Shown one piece after another: positions 19,080 to 27,571 of a stretch of 64,000 nt of DNA. Under the pieces are notes generated by a model. That model saw only the letters and a program-made list of their open reading frames with translations. It did not search any database and was not told where the DNA came from. Each line of letters starts with the position of its first letter. The first letter of the stretch is position 1. The position numbers and the translations under genes were made by a program. This DNA is from Dehalococcoidia bacterium (lineage in GTDB: Bacteria; Chloroflexota; Dehalococcoidia; UBA2979), in assembly GCA_964291495.2 (NCBI GenBank), contig OZ219872.1, positions 608,001 to 672,000 of the forward strand, given 5' to 3'.

Positions 19080-19388
19080 CTACTCCTCGTCGAACGCCTC
19101 CTGCGCGATGCGCACCGCCTGCGCGACAGTCGGCCAGCCGGCGTAGAAGGCGACGTGCGTCAGCAGCTCGCCGATCTCCTCCTTGCTGAGCCCGTTGTCG
19201 AGGGCGCGCCGGAAGTGGCCGGGCAGCTGCCCGGTGCGGTACAGCGCCACGAGGACGGAGACCGTGATCAGGCTGCGATCGCGCTTCGAGAGCTGGGGGC
19301 GCTCCCAGATCTCCCCGAATACCAGCTCGTCCGTGATCTTGCGCAGGTGTGGCGCTATCTCAGCCATCGCATCGCGCGGCGCTGTCAT
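19080..19388 (-). CDS. Carboxymuconolactone decarboxylase (CMD) family protein
   Basis: VFGEIWERPQLSKRDRSLIT...RALDNGLSKEEI..HVAFYAGWP; start ATG 19388. Confidence 0.88.
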   Translation of the reverse strand: MTAPRDAMAEIAPHLRKITDELVFGEIWERPQLSKRDRSLITVSVLVALYRTGQLPGHFRRALDNGLSKEEIGELLTHVAFYAGWPTVAQAVRIAQEAFDEE

Positions 19389-19456
19389 CGTCGTCTCCCC
19401 TCGTGCTCCGGTTTGCGGGGAGGATACTCGCCGCGTCCGAGGCGTGGGGGCTCGTC

Positions 19457-20095
19457 TCACGTCTGAGAAGGGAGCGGGCTTCCCTCCTGGCGTAGCCGAC
19501 GCACGACCAGCCACTGCCCAATCACGCCGATCACTGGAATCACGGCGAACCAGCGGAGCCGCGAGGATTGCCCTGTCGCACGAGCCACCCTCTTCCATCC
19601 CCATCCACCGAACAGGAACCAGTGAACAAAAGGAAGAACAACAATGCCGTAGAATGCTGCGTACGATATGACGCTCTCATAGGTGGGCCAATAGAGTGGC
19701 TGCCCACCAAACAGGATGGCTATCACTTCCAGGTTGCCATCTATGTAGGCTTTCAGCAGTTCAGTGTCCGGGGCAATCCAGGAAGGTCTGTTGTTCCAAT
19801 ACCACGCAAACAAGGCAAGATTGGCAACTCCACAGATCACAGTGCTGAGAATTGCCAATCCAGCGGTAGTTGCCCTGTCGAGGGAGCGCCTTGGAAACCG
19901 GAGTAACACCAGCGGGCCGATGAATGGCGTGAATGCCAACCATCCGTTTTGATCATGATCATCAAGCAGCAAGAAGAGTGGGGACGCCAGCATAGCGTAA
20001 GGAACAGCAAGTACAACGATGACTGCGCTGACTCCCATCCACGCCCCAAGGGAGGTAACGCCACCATCAAGGAACGAGAAGACAGTCTCAGCCAT
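19457..20095 (-). CDS. Hypothetical multi-pass membrane protein on a low-GC insert
   Basis: 212-aa ORF with several TM segments; GC far below flanks (26/60 in 19621-19680). Confidence 0.65.
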   Translation of the reverse strand: MAETVFSFLDGGVTSLGAWMGVSAVIVVLAVPYAMLASPLFLLLDDHDQNGWLAFTPFIGPLVLLRFPRRSLDRATTAGLAILSTVICGVANLALFAWYWNNRPSWIAPDTELLKAYIDGNLEVIAILFGGQPLYWPTYESVISYAAFYGIVVLPFVHWFLFGGWGWKRVARATGQSSRLRWFAVIPVIGVIGQWLVVRRLRQEGSPLPSQT

Positions 20096-20244
20096 TGTTC
20101 TGCCAAATCAGTCTGGCGGCGGCATGGCAAGCCTCTGCCTCAACCACTCTACCACCGAGCGCGGGAGTGCTATGGCGTCCGGGTACGTAGTACGCCGAAC
20201 GAGGTGCCGACGTTCACATGGCGCAACCGGCCTCGGACGCCCGC

Positions 20245-21129
20245 TCAGGCCGGCGGAGCGACGCCACACTCGCGCGCCACCGCCTCCCGGTAGGCCTCGA
20301 TAAGAGCGCGCGTCACCGGGCCGGGCGCCTCGAACTCGTGGCTGCGATCGCCGTCACGCAGCTCGGCGAGCGGCTGCACGCCGGCGATGCTGTTGGTGAG
20401 CAGCACCTCGCGCGCCACGAGCAGGTCGGCGAGCGGCAGCCGCCGCTCCGCCGTCTCGAGGCCGAGGCCGCGCGCGCACTCCAGCACGGCCTCGCGCGTG
20501 ACGCCGGGCAGCGCCCCCGCCTCGAGCGGCGGCGTGACCAGCAGACCCTCGCGGTCCTCCCCACCGAGCACGGCGAAGACGTTGGCGGTCGAGGCCTCGA
20601 CGACCTCGCCGTCGAGGTCGAGCAGCAGCGCCTGGTCCAGCCCGGCGCGGCGTGCCTCCTCGAGGGCGATCAGCGGGCCGAGGTAGTTGACGGTCTTCGC
20701 GAACGGCAGGGGGCGGTCACTGGTCACGCGCGCGCCCCGCGCGACAAGAGCACGCGCCGGCGCGACGGCCTCCGGAACGGGCTGCGCCGTCACCAGCACC
20801 AGCGGCGCGCCCCCGGGCTCGAGGCCGGGCCGCGCGCCGCCCGTTCCGGCGCTGACGGTGAGGCGCACGCGCGCCTCGGGCAGCGCGTTCGCCTCCAGCG
20901 TCTCGGCGATCGCGGTCTGCAGCACGTCGCGCGGCGGCGGCTCCACTCCCAGCGCCCGCAGTCCGGCCTCGAGGCGATCGAGGTGGCGGCCGAGCCGGAA
21001 GACGGCGCCGCCGAAGGCGCGCAGCGTCTCGAAGCAGGCCGCGCCGTAGAGGAAGCCGCGATCGTCGATCGGCACACTCGCCTCGGAGCGCGGCAGCAGC
21101 GAGCCGTTCAGCCAGACGAAGCCGGACAC
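20245..21129 (-). CDS. Class IV aminotransferase / 4-amino-4-deoxychorismate lyase (PabC-like)
   Basis: DRGFLYGAACFET, HLDRL, AKTVNY, EASTANVF, LPGVTR; directly follows pabB. Confidence 0.85.
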   Translation of the reverse strand: MSGFVWLNGSLLPRSEASVPIDDRGFLYGAACFETLRAFGGAVFRLGRHLDRLEAGLRALGVEPPPRDVLQTAIAETLEANALPEARVRLTVSAGTGGARPGLEPGGAPLVLVTAQPVPEAVAPARALVARGARVTSDRPLPFAKTVNYLGPLIALEEARRAGLDQALLLDLDGEVVEASTANVFAVLGGEDREGLLVTPPLEAGALPGVTREAVLECARGLGLETAERRLPLADLLVAREVLLTNSIAGVQPLAELRDGDRSHEFEAPGPVTRALIEAYREAVARECGVAPPA

Positions 21130-21131
21130 GC

Positions 21132-22661
21132 TCAGCCGACGCCCGCGATGGCGCCCGCCGGAGTACGCCGCTGCGGCGCAGGCTCCTCGGGCGGGAGCTC
21201 GTCCGGCAGCAGCACGCCGAGCGCGCGCGCCATGCCCCGCGCCTTGTCGAGTGTCTCGAGGTACTCGGCCTCGACGACGGAGTCGTGCACGATCGCGCCG
21301 CCGACGTGCGCGTAGGCGCGTCCGCCGGCGACGGTGATCGTGCGGATCGCCACGTTCAGATCGCTGCGGCCGTGCGCCGAGAAGTAGCCGATCGCGCCCG
21401 TGTAGACGCCGCGCACCGTCGGCTCCAGCTCGTCGATGATCTCGAGCGCGCGGATCTTCGGCGCGCCGCTGATCGAGCCGCCCGGCAGCATCGCGCGCAG
21501 CGTCGCACCGAGGCCCACCCCGCGCCGCCTGCGCGCCGTCACCGACGAGGTCAGGTGGTGCACGTGCGAGTAGGACTCCAGCCGCGCGAGGTGCGGGACG
21601 GCGACGCTGCCGACCTCGGCGATCCGGCCGAGGTCGTTGCGTTCGAGGTCGACGATCATCACGTGCTCGGCGGCGTCCTTGGCGCTCGCGCGCAGCTCGG
21701 TGGCGAGGCGGGCGTCCTCGGCATCGTCGCGGCCGCGCGGGCGCGTGCCCTTGATGGGCCGAGTCTCCAGCCGCTCCCCGTCCACCAGCAGCAGCCGCTC
21801 CGGCGACGACGACAACACCTCGACGCCCCCGCCCGGCCCGCCGGTCGCATCGAGGTAGGCGGCGAAGGGGGCGGGGCTTGCGCGCCGCAGCCGCCGGTAG
21901 GCCTCGAAGCCGGGGACCGCCAGCGGCGCGCAGAAGCGCTGCGAGAGGTTGACCTGGTAGATGTCGCCGGCGGCGATGTAGCGCCGCGCCACCTCGGCGC
22001 GCTCCAGGTACTCGACGCGTTCCATGTTCGGCTCGAAGCGCGCGACACGCGGCGGCCCGCCGGGGAACTCCGCCAGCGGGTCCGCCAGGCATTGAGGGCC
22101 CTCGCCGGGGACTGCATCCTCGATGCGTGCGAGGTCACCCCGGAGCGCGGCGACAGCCTCCGGCGTGCCGCTCAGCCAGCCCTGCTGATCGATGCCGTCC
22201 CAGACGAGCGCGGCGTCGTACCAGCCGAGCGCGAGGTCCGGCGCGCCGACGTCGTCGAAGGTGGTCGCGGGGAGCCGCTCGATGTGCCGGGCCAGCTCGA
22301 ACCCGAGGTAGCCGACCGCGCCTCCGGCAAACGGCAGCGACGCCGAGGCGCACGAAGCCGCAGTGGCGCGCTCCCACGCGCGCTGTTCGGCCTGGATCGC
22401 CCGGGCGGCGAAGGCGATCGGATCGCCCTCGAACTCCTCGACGCGGTCAGCCGAGGCGCGGCGGAGCCGGCGGCCGCGCGCGCTCAGCGTCCAGCGCGGC
22501 CGCGCCGCGAGGATCGACCAGCGCCCGCGCCGCGGGTGCGGGAGCGCGGAGTCCAGCCAGGCGAAGCCGGGCAGGCGGCGCAGCGCCAGCGCGGCGCGCT
22601 CCGGCGCGTCGTTGCCCGGCGGCGGCGTCCACGCCTCGATGGTCCAGCCTCGCTGCCGCAC
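21132..22661 (-). CDS. pabB: Aminodeoxychorismate synthase component I
   Basis: GDIYQVNL, SSSPE, PIKGT (PabB-type Lys), AEHVMIVDLERND, SISGAPK. Confidence 0.85.
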   Translation of the reverse strand: MRQRGWTIEAWTPPPGNDAPERAALALRRLPGFAWLDSALPHPRRGRWSILAARPRWTLSARGRRLRRASADRVEEFEGDPIAFAARAIQAEQRAWERATAASCASASLPFAGGAVGYLGFELARHIERLPATTFDDVGAPDLALGWYDAALVWDGIDQQGWLSGTPEAVAALRGDLARIEDAVPGEGPQCLADPLAEFPGGPPRVARFEPNMERVEYLERAEVARRYIAAGDIYQVNLSQRFCAPLAVPGFEAYRRLRRASPAPFAAYLDATGGPGGGVEVLSSSPERLLLVDGERLETRPIKGTRPRGRDDAEDARLATELRASAKDAAEHVMIVDLERNDLGRIAEVGSVAVPHLARLESYSHVHHLTSSVTARRRRGVGLGATLRAMLPGGSISGAPKIRALEIIDELEPTVRGVYTGAIGYFSAHGRSDLNVAIRTITVAGGRAYAHVGGAIVHDSVVEAEYLETLDKARGMARALGVLLPDELPPEEPAPQRRTPAGAIAGVG

Positions 22662-22726
22662 GGCGTCGCCCTGCCCTATCCTCCGGGGATGCCGCGATTG
22701 TACGACCGCCGGGGAACAGGGACGCG

Positions 22727-23125
22727 ATGACCCGCGAGGTGTTGAGCGCGTGGGCCTCGCTCGGCGTGCTGATCGTGGGGGCGCTGATCCTCGTCGTCAC
22801 GCTGCTGCCGCCGGGCAGCGGCGTTCCGGGCTGCCCCCTCGGCATGCCCTGCGCGCTCTGGCACGGCCTGCTCTTCGCGCTGCTCGGCGTGCCGGTGGCG
22901 CTGCGCTACGCGACGAGCCGCGCGGCCTCGCGCTCGCCGCTGCGGGTGCTGGCCATGGTGATCCTCGCGCTCTGGATCTTCGCCGCCGTCAGCGAGTTGG
23001 CGCAGGGCTGGGTCGACGGGCGCGAGCCCGCGCTCGAGGACTGGCTCGCGGACATGGCCGGCGCGCTGATCGGGCTGGTGCTCGGGAGCCTGCTGCTGCG
23101 GTTCGCACTCAGGCGCTCGCGCTAG
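22727..23125 (+). CDS. VanZ family membrane protein
   Basis: HGLLFALLG...SELAQGWVDGREPALEDWLADMAG; ATG 22727. Confidence 0.78.
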   Translation: MTREVLSAWASLGVLIVGALILVVTLLPPGSGVPGCPLGMPCALWHGLLFALLGVPVALRYATSRAASRSPLRVLAMVILALWIFAAVSELAQGWVDGREPALEDWLADMAGALIGLVLGSLLLRFALRRSR

Positions 23126-23790
23126 GCCGAGGCGCGCGCAGGAACCGCCTCGGGCTCGCCCGCCTCGAGGCTCAGGTGGTAGGTCATGCTCTGCAGCGAG
23201 AGCAGCGGGTCGATGCGGCGGATGCGCACGCCGCGCGGGACCTGCACCGTGATCGGCGCGTAGTTGAGGATCGAGCGCACGCCGGCGCGCACGAGCGAGT
23301 CGATCACCTCCTGCGCGGCCTCCGCGGGCACGGCGACGATGCCGATGTCCGCGGGCTCCGCGCGCAGCGAGGCCTCAAGCCCGCGCACGTCGCGGACGGC
23401 GATCCCGCCGACCTCGCCCCCGATCTCGTCCTCGCTGGCGTCGTAGACGCCGACGAGGTCGAAGCCGTCCGGCCCGAAGCCCTGGTACGAGGCGATCGCG
23501 CGCCCGAGGCGGCCCACGCCGACCAGCACCATGCGCCAGCGGCGGTTCAGCCCCAGGATCAGCCGCAGCTCCTCGACGAGCCGCACGACCGAGTAGCCGC
23601 TGCCCTGTTTCCCGAAGCGGCCGAAGTAGGCGAGGTCCTTGCGGATCTGCGCGGGCGTCACGCCGAGGGCGTCCCCCAGCTCCTGCGAGGAGACCGTCGA
23701 ACGCCCTTCGGCCTCCATGCGGGCGAGCCAGCGGTAGTAGATCGGCAGGCGGTCGATGACCACCTCGGGGATGTCGGCCGGCAACGGCAA
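23122..23790 (-). CDS. rex: Redox-sensing transcriptional repressor Rex
   Basis: RLPIYYR, VSSQEL, QIRKDLAYFG..GKQGSGY, GVGRLG, ILNYAP; TTG start with GGAGG. Confidence 0.95.
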   Translation of the reverse strand: MPLPADIPEVVIDRLPIYYRWLARMEAEGRSTVSSQELGDALGVTPAQIRKDLAYFGRFGKQGSGYSVVRLVEELRLILGLNRRWRMVLVGVGRLGRAIASYQGFGPDGFDLVGVYDASEDEIGGEVGGIAVRDVRGLEASLRAEPADIGIVAVPAEAAQEVIDSLVRAGVRSILNYAPITVQVPRGVRIRRIDPLLSLQSMTYHLSLEAGEPEAVPARASA

Positions 23791-23843
23791 GGCAACCTCC
23801 GCCGCGAGAAATACGCAAGTATCGGTTACAAATCAGAACTTGC

Positions 23844-23861
23844 TTGCGAAGACTTGCACAA
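23844..23861. promoter_or_regulatory. Candidate Rex operator upstream of rex
   Basis: TTGCGAA-GACT-TGCACAA vs consensus TTGTGAA-N4-TTCACAA (2 mismatches). Confidence 0.65.
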
Positions 23862-23916
23862 GCGTGCACTAGCGTCCAGCGAAGCGGTTGCGGGACGCCG
23901 CTGCTAGCATCTCGGC

Positions 23917-24639
23917 GTGAATCGCCCCGCCCGCCCCTCGGACCAGTCCGCCTCGTCTGTCTTCGTCGAGCTGCCCGGCGGAGCGTTCCGCATGGGCTCG
24001 CTGGAGCGGCCCGACGAGCAGCCGATCCGCGTCGTGCGCCTCGACCCGTTCGCCGTCGCCGTAGCGCCGGTCACGAATGCCGCCTACGCGGCGTTCCTCG
24101 AGGCCAGCGGGAACGAGCCGCCACGCTTCTGGGACGATCCGCGCTTCAACGCGGCCGATTGCCCGGTCGTGGGCGTCTCCTGGTTCGACGCGGTCGCCTA
24201 CTGCGAGTGGCTGGGCGGCGTCCTCGGGCGCCGCTGCCGCCTGCCGAGCGAAGCGGAGCGCGAGTACGCCGCGCGCGGCGGCGTCGAGGGCGTGCGCTTC
24301 CCCTGGGGCGACGAGCCGTGGGAGGAGGGGCCGTTCGCCCTCGGCGCCGCGGGGATGGGCCGCCCGCAGCCCGTCGGCTCGTCCCCGCCGAACGGCTTCG
24401 GCCTGTACCACATGGCGGAGAACGTCCACGAGTGGTGCAGCGACTGGTACGCGACCGGCTACGACGCCGACGACCTCGAGAACCCGCGCGGCCCCGCCGA
24501 GGGCCAACGCCGCGCCTCGCGAGGCGGATCCTGGCGGCACCGCGTCAAGGTCACGCGCAGCGCCGCGCGCTCCTCGCTGGCGCCCGAGCGCCGCTACAAC
24601 GACTACGGCTTCCGCGTCTACGCGGACATCGAGGATTGA
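23917..24639 (+). CDS. Formylglycine-generating enzyme (SUMF1/FGE-sulfatase) family protein
   Basis: GGAFRMGS, PVVGVSWFDA, RLPSEAEREYAARGG, NGFGLYHMAENVHEW, RGGSW, GFRV. Confidence 0.9.
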   Translation: MNRPARPSDQSASSVFVELPGGAFRMGSLERPDEQPIRVVRLDPFAVAVAPVTNAAYAAFLEASGNEPPRFWDDPRFNAADCPVVGVSWFDAVAYCEWLGGVLGRRCRLPSEAEREYAARGGVEGVRFPWGDEPWEEGPFALGAAGMGRPQPVGSSPPNGFGLYHMAENVHEWCSDWYATGYDADDLENPRGPAEGQRRASRGGSWRHRVKVTRSAARSSLAPERRYNDYGFRVYADIED

Positions 24640-24665
24640 CCCGGGCGGCGCGCCTGCTGCCCGAC

Positions 24666-24911
24666 GGAACCTTCGCGTAACCCTCTCCTCAGGGCAGCGA
24701 ACGCATCGCCTCCGGTCCCCTCTCCCCGAGGGAGAGCCAGTGCTCTGTGGGGGGAGTCCCCCCACACCCCCCGTGAGGGAGGGTCCGTCCTCCGGGATTG
24801 CGTTGCGCCATCAGGGCTTTCGGAGGCGCGCGGGAGTCCTCCCCCTCACCCCCGCCCTCTCCCCAGGGAGAGGGGGCTGGATCGGGCCTGTGGGAGTTTC
24901 GCAAAGGTCTC
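24666..24911. mobile_element. ~250-bp non-autonomous element (MITE-like), copy 1
   Basis: Near-identical inverted copy at 42364-42614; imperfect TIRs GGAACCTTCGCGTAAC / GTTTCGCAAAGGTCTC; internal CCCTCTCCC..GGGAGAGGG hairpins. Confidence 0.8.
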
Positions 24912-25946
24912 CTACGGCGTATCGGAGATCAGCGACTCTTCCTCGGTCGGGATGCTGCGCGCGATCACGTCGAGGTAGTCCAGCGCTACCCCCGCGCCGC
25001 GCGCAACGCAGCGGTCCGGCTCGTCCGCGACGTGCACCGGCACGCCGACCTCGTGCATCAGCAGCGAGTCGAGGTGGCGCAGGCGCGCGCCGCCGCCGGT
25101 CAGCACCACGCCGTGGTCGATCACGTCCGAGGCCAGCTCCGGCGGCGTGCGCTCCAGCACCGAGCGCACGGTCTGCACGATGCTGTCGAGGTGCTCCTGG
25201 ATCGCCTGGGTCACCTCGGAGGAGCGCACCGTGACGGTGCGCGGCAGGCCCGTGATCTGATCGCGGCCGCGGACAGCGGCGGTCTCGTCCTGCTCGAGCG
25301 GGATCGCCGAGCCGATGGCGATCTTCAGTTCCTCGGCGGAGCGTTCGCCGATCGTCAGGTTATGTCTCCTCCGCACGTAGAGGGCCACCGCCTCGTTCAG
25401 CCGGTCGCCCGCCACGCGGATCGACTCCGCGGCGACGATCCCGAACATCGAGATCACCGCCGCCTCCGCCCGTCCGCCGCCGATGTTCAGCAGCATGTGG
25501 CCGCGAGGCGACCCGACAGGAATCTCGGCGCCGATCGCGGCGGCCAGCGGCTCCGGGATGAGGTGCGCCGGGCGGCGGCTGCCGGCTGCCTCGGCGGCGT
25601 CGCGCACCGCGCGTTGCTCCACGCGCGTGACCCCGTAGGGCGTGGAAACCATCACCTCCGGACGGACGATCCGGAGGCGGCCCATCACCTCGCCGATCAG
25701 GTAGCGCAGCAGTGCCTCGGTGATCAGGTAGTCGGCGATGGCGCCGTCGCGCATCGGCCGGATCACGCGGATCGTGCCGGGGTGCCGGCCGATCATCTCG
25801 TAGGCCTCGCCACCGACGGCGGCGACGGCGTTCTCGCGCTCGGTCAAGGCGACGACGGCGGGCTCTTCGAGCACGATGCCGCGCCCCCGTTCGGAGACGA
25901 GCACGCGTGCCGTGCCGAGATCGATGCCGAGTCGCTTTGTGAACAT
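24912..25946 (-). CDS. mreB: Actin-like rod shape-determining protein MreB/Mbl
   Basis: GIDLGTA, IRPMRDGAIAD, EPLAAAIGA, IGGG, LTGGGA; no mreC/mreD adjacent. Confidence 0.9.
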   Translation of the reverse strand: MFTKRLGIDLGTARVLVSERGRGIVLEEPAVVALTERENAVAAVGGEAYEMIGRHPGTIRVIRPMRDGAIADYLITEALLRYLIGEVMGRLRIVRPEVMVSTPYGVTRVEQRAVRDAAEAAGSRRPAHLIPEPLAAAIGAEIPVGSPRGHMLLNIGGGRAEAAVISMFGIVAAESIRVAGDRLNEAVALYVRRRHNLTIGERSAEELKIAIGSAIPLEQDETAAVRGRDQITGLPRTVTVRSSEVTQAIQEHLDSIVQTVRSVLERTPPELASDVIDHGVVLTGGGARLRHLDSLLMHEVGVPVHVADEPDRCVARGAGVALDYLDVIARSIPTEEESLISDTP

Positions 25947-26003
25947 TCGCCCGGACGCCCGCGCCCCTGACTGCCGAGGCGCCGCCGCCTCCGGCCTTCG
26001 ACC

Positions 26004-27260
26004 TTAGCGCCTGAACACCGTCGCGCCTAGCGCGGTGAGCCGCTCCTCGATGCGTGGGTAGCCGCGATCGAGGTGCACCAGGTCGCGCACGACGGTCTCG
26101 TCGCTGGCGCAGAGCCCGCCGATCACGACCGCCGCCGCGGCCCGCACGTCGAGCGCCCGCACGGCGCTGCCTACGAGTGGTGTCGGCCCCTCGATGATTA
26201 CGGATTGGCCCCCGGCGGTCATCCGCGCGCCCATCGCGCGCAGCTCGCCGAGATAGAGCAGGCGGTTCTCGAAGACGCGCTCGTGGATCGTCGAGACGCC
26301 CTCGGCCTGGGTGAGGGCGGCGGCCATCGGCGCGTGCAGATCGGTCGGGAAGCCAGGGTACGGCACGGCCTGGAGCTGCACCGCGCGCAGCGGACCGCCG
26401 TCCGCGGGTGGACAGGCGCGCACGTACTCCGAGGTGACCTCGACGCCGGCGCCGGCCTCGCCGAGCTTCGTGAGCAGCGAGTCCAGGTGGTCCGCGCGCG
26501 CGCCCTCGATGGCGACGTCCCCGCCGGTGGCGACGCCGGCCAGCAGGTAGGTGCCGCTCTCGATGCGGTCGGGGATGATCGTGAAGTCGACGCCGTGCAG
26601 GCGCTCGACGCCCTCGACGGTGATCGTGTTCGAGCCGTGCCCGCTGATCCGCGCGCCCATCGCGTTCAGCATCGAGGCGGCCATCGCCACCTCCGGCTCG
26701 GCGGCGGCGTTGACGATCACGGTCTCGCCCTCGGCGAGCGCGGCGGCGAACAGCACGTTCACGGTGCCGAGCACGCTCGGGTAGTCGAGGAAGATACGGG
26801 CCCCGCGGAGGCGGCCGCGCGCGACGAAGTGCTGGCCCTCGCGGCGCACGTCCGCGCCGAGCGCGCGGAAGCCGGCGAGGTGCACGTCGAGCGGGCGGAC
26901 GCCGATCACGTCGCCTCCCGGCGGCGGGGACGCCGCCTCGCCGAAGCGGGCGAGCAGCGGCCCCATCACGAGGAAGGAGGCGCGCAGCGCGATCGCGAGG
27001 TCCTGCGGCGCCGCGGTCTCCGTCACGCCGGAGGCGTCGATCGAGACGTCCTCCCCGTCGACCTCGAAGCTCGCGCCGAGGGCGCGCAGGACGCGGCCCA
27101 TACCCTCGATGTCGGCGATCTCGGGGACGTTGTGCAGGGTGACGGGTTCGGAGGTGAGGAGCGGGGCGGCGAGCGCGTAGAGCGCGGCGTTCTTGGAGCC
27201 GGACGCGGGGAGGCGGCCCCGCAGAGGCCGCCCGCCGTGAATGACCAGTTGCTCACCCAT
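26004..27260 (-). CDS. murA: UDP-N-acetylglucosamine 1-carboxyvinyltransferase (Asp-type active site)
   Basis: GSKNAAL, LRAS, PGGDVIGVRP, IPDRIE, PYPGFPTD, VFENR; ATG 27260 with GGAGG. Confidence 0.93.
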   Translation of the reverse strand: MGEQLVIHGGRPLRGRLPASGSKNAALYALAAPLLTSEPVTLHNVPEIADIEGMGRVLRALGASFEVDGEDVSIDASGVTETAAPQDLAIALRASFLVMGPLLARFGEAASPPPGGDVIGVRPLDVHLAGFRALGADVRREGQHFVARGRLRGARIFLDYPSVLGTVNVLFAAALAEGETVIVNAAAEPEVAMAASMLNAMGARISGHGSNTITVEGVERLHGVDFTIIPDRIESGTYLLAGVATGGDVAIEGARADHLDSLLTKLGEAGAGVEVTSEYVRACPPADGGPLRAVQLQAVPYPGFPTDLHAPMAAALTQAEGVSTIHERVFENRLLYLGELRAMGARMTAGGQSVIIEGPTPLVGSAVRALDVRAAAAVVIGGLCASDETVVRDLVHLDRGYPRIEERLTALGATVFRR

Positions 27261-27385
27261 GGGGCCTCCGGCCCCCGCCAATATCAAGGATACGACGCAT
27301 CCCGGCAGGGCGGCGAGGCGGTGGCGTCCGGAGCGCACACTATGGCAATGATGTGTTAGACTCAGCTCACGAAGGACGGGTGGCG

Positions 27386-27550
27386 ATGACCGTGACCTCC
27401 GAGAGCCTGGGCGAGCGCGTCGCACGCATCGAGGGCGCCTACGAGCACCTCGCCACCAAGGCCGACATCGAGCGCCTGAAGTTCCAGCTCTTCGCCGGCA
27501 TGTTCGCCGCGACGGGCATCATCCTCGCCGCGATCCGGCTGTGGGCGTAG
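27386..27550 (+). CDS. Small coiled-coil protein with C-terminal TM helix (DUF1640/CCDC90-like)
   Basis: 54 aa, 'ERVARIEGAYEHLATKADIERLK' + hydrophobic tail; TG-n-TAGACT -10 at 27354-27362 and AAGGA upstream. Confidence 0.6.
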   Translation: MTVTSESLGERVARIEGAYEHLATKADIERLKFQLFAGMFAATGIILAAIRLWA

Positions 27551-27571
27551 CGGCGCCCCCGAAACCCACAC

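Noticed and set aside
19080-19388. Additional selenoproteins (CMD/AhpD-like, sulfite-oxidase-like)
   Set aside because: No in-frame UGA; the CMD protein has no CxxC and the oxidoreductase uses Cys (LDCTGG)
24666-24911. Repeat element as a CRISPR array or intact IS
   Set aside because: No repeat-spacer periodicity, no cas genes, no transposase ORF
24077-25234. ORFs 24077..25234 and 41776..42717 share peptide 'VTLSSGQR...RSPLP.GEPVL', suggesting a protein family
   Set aside because: The similarity is just translation of the repeated non-coding element
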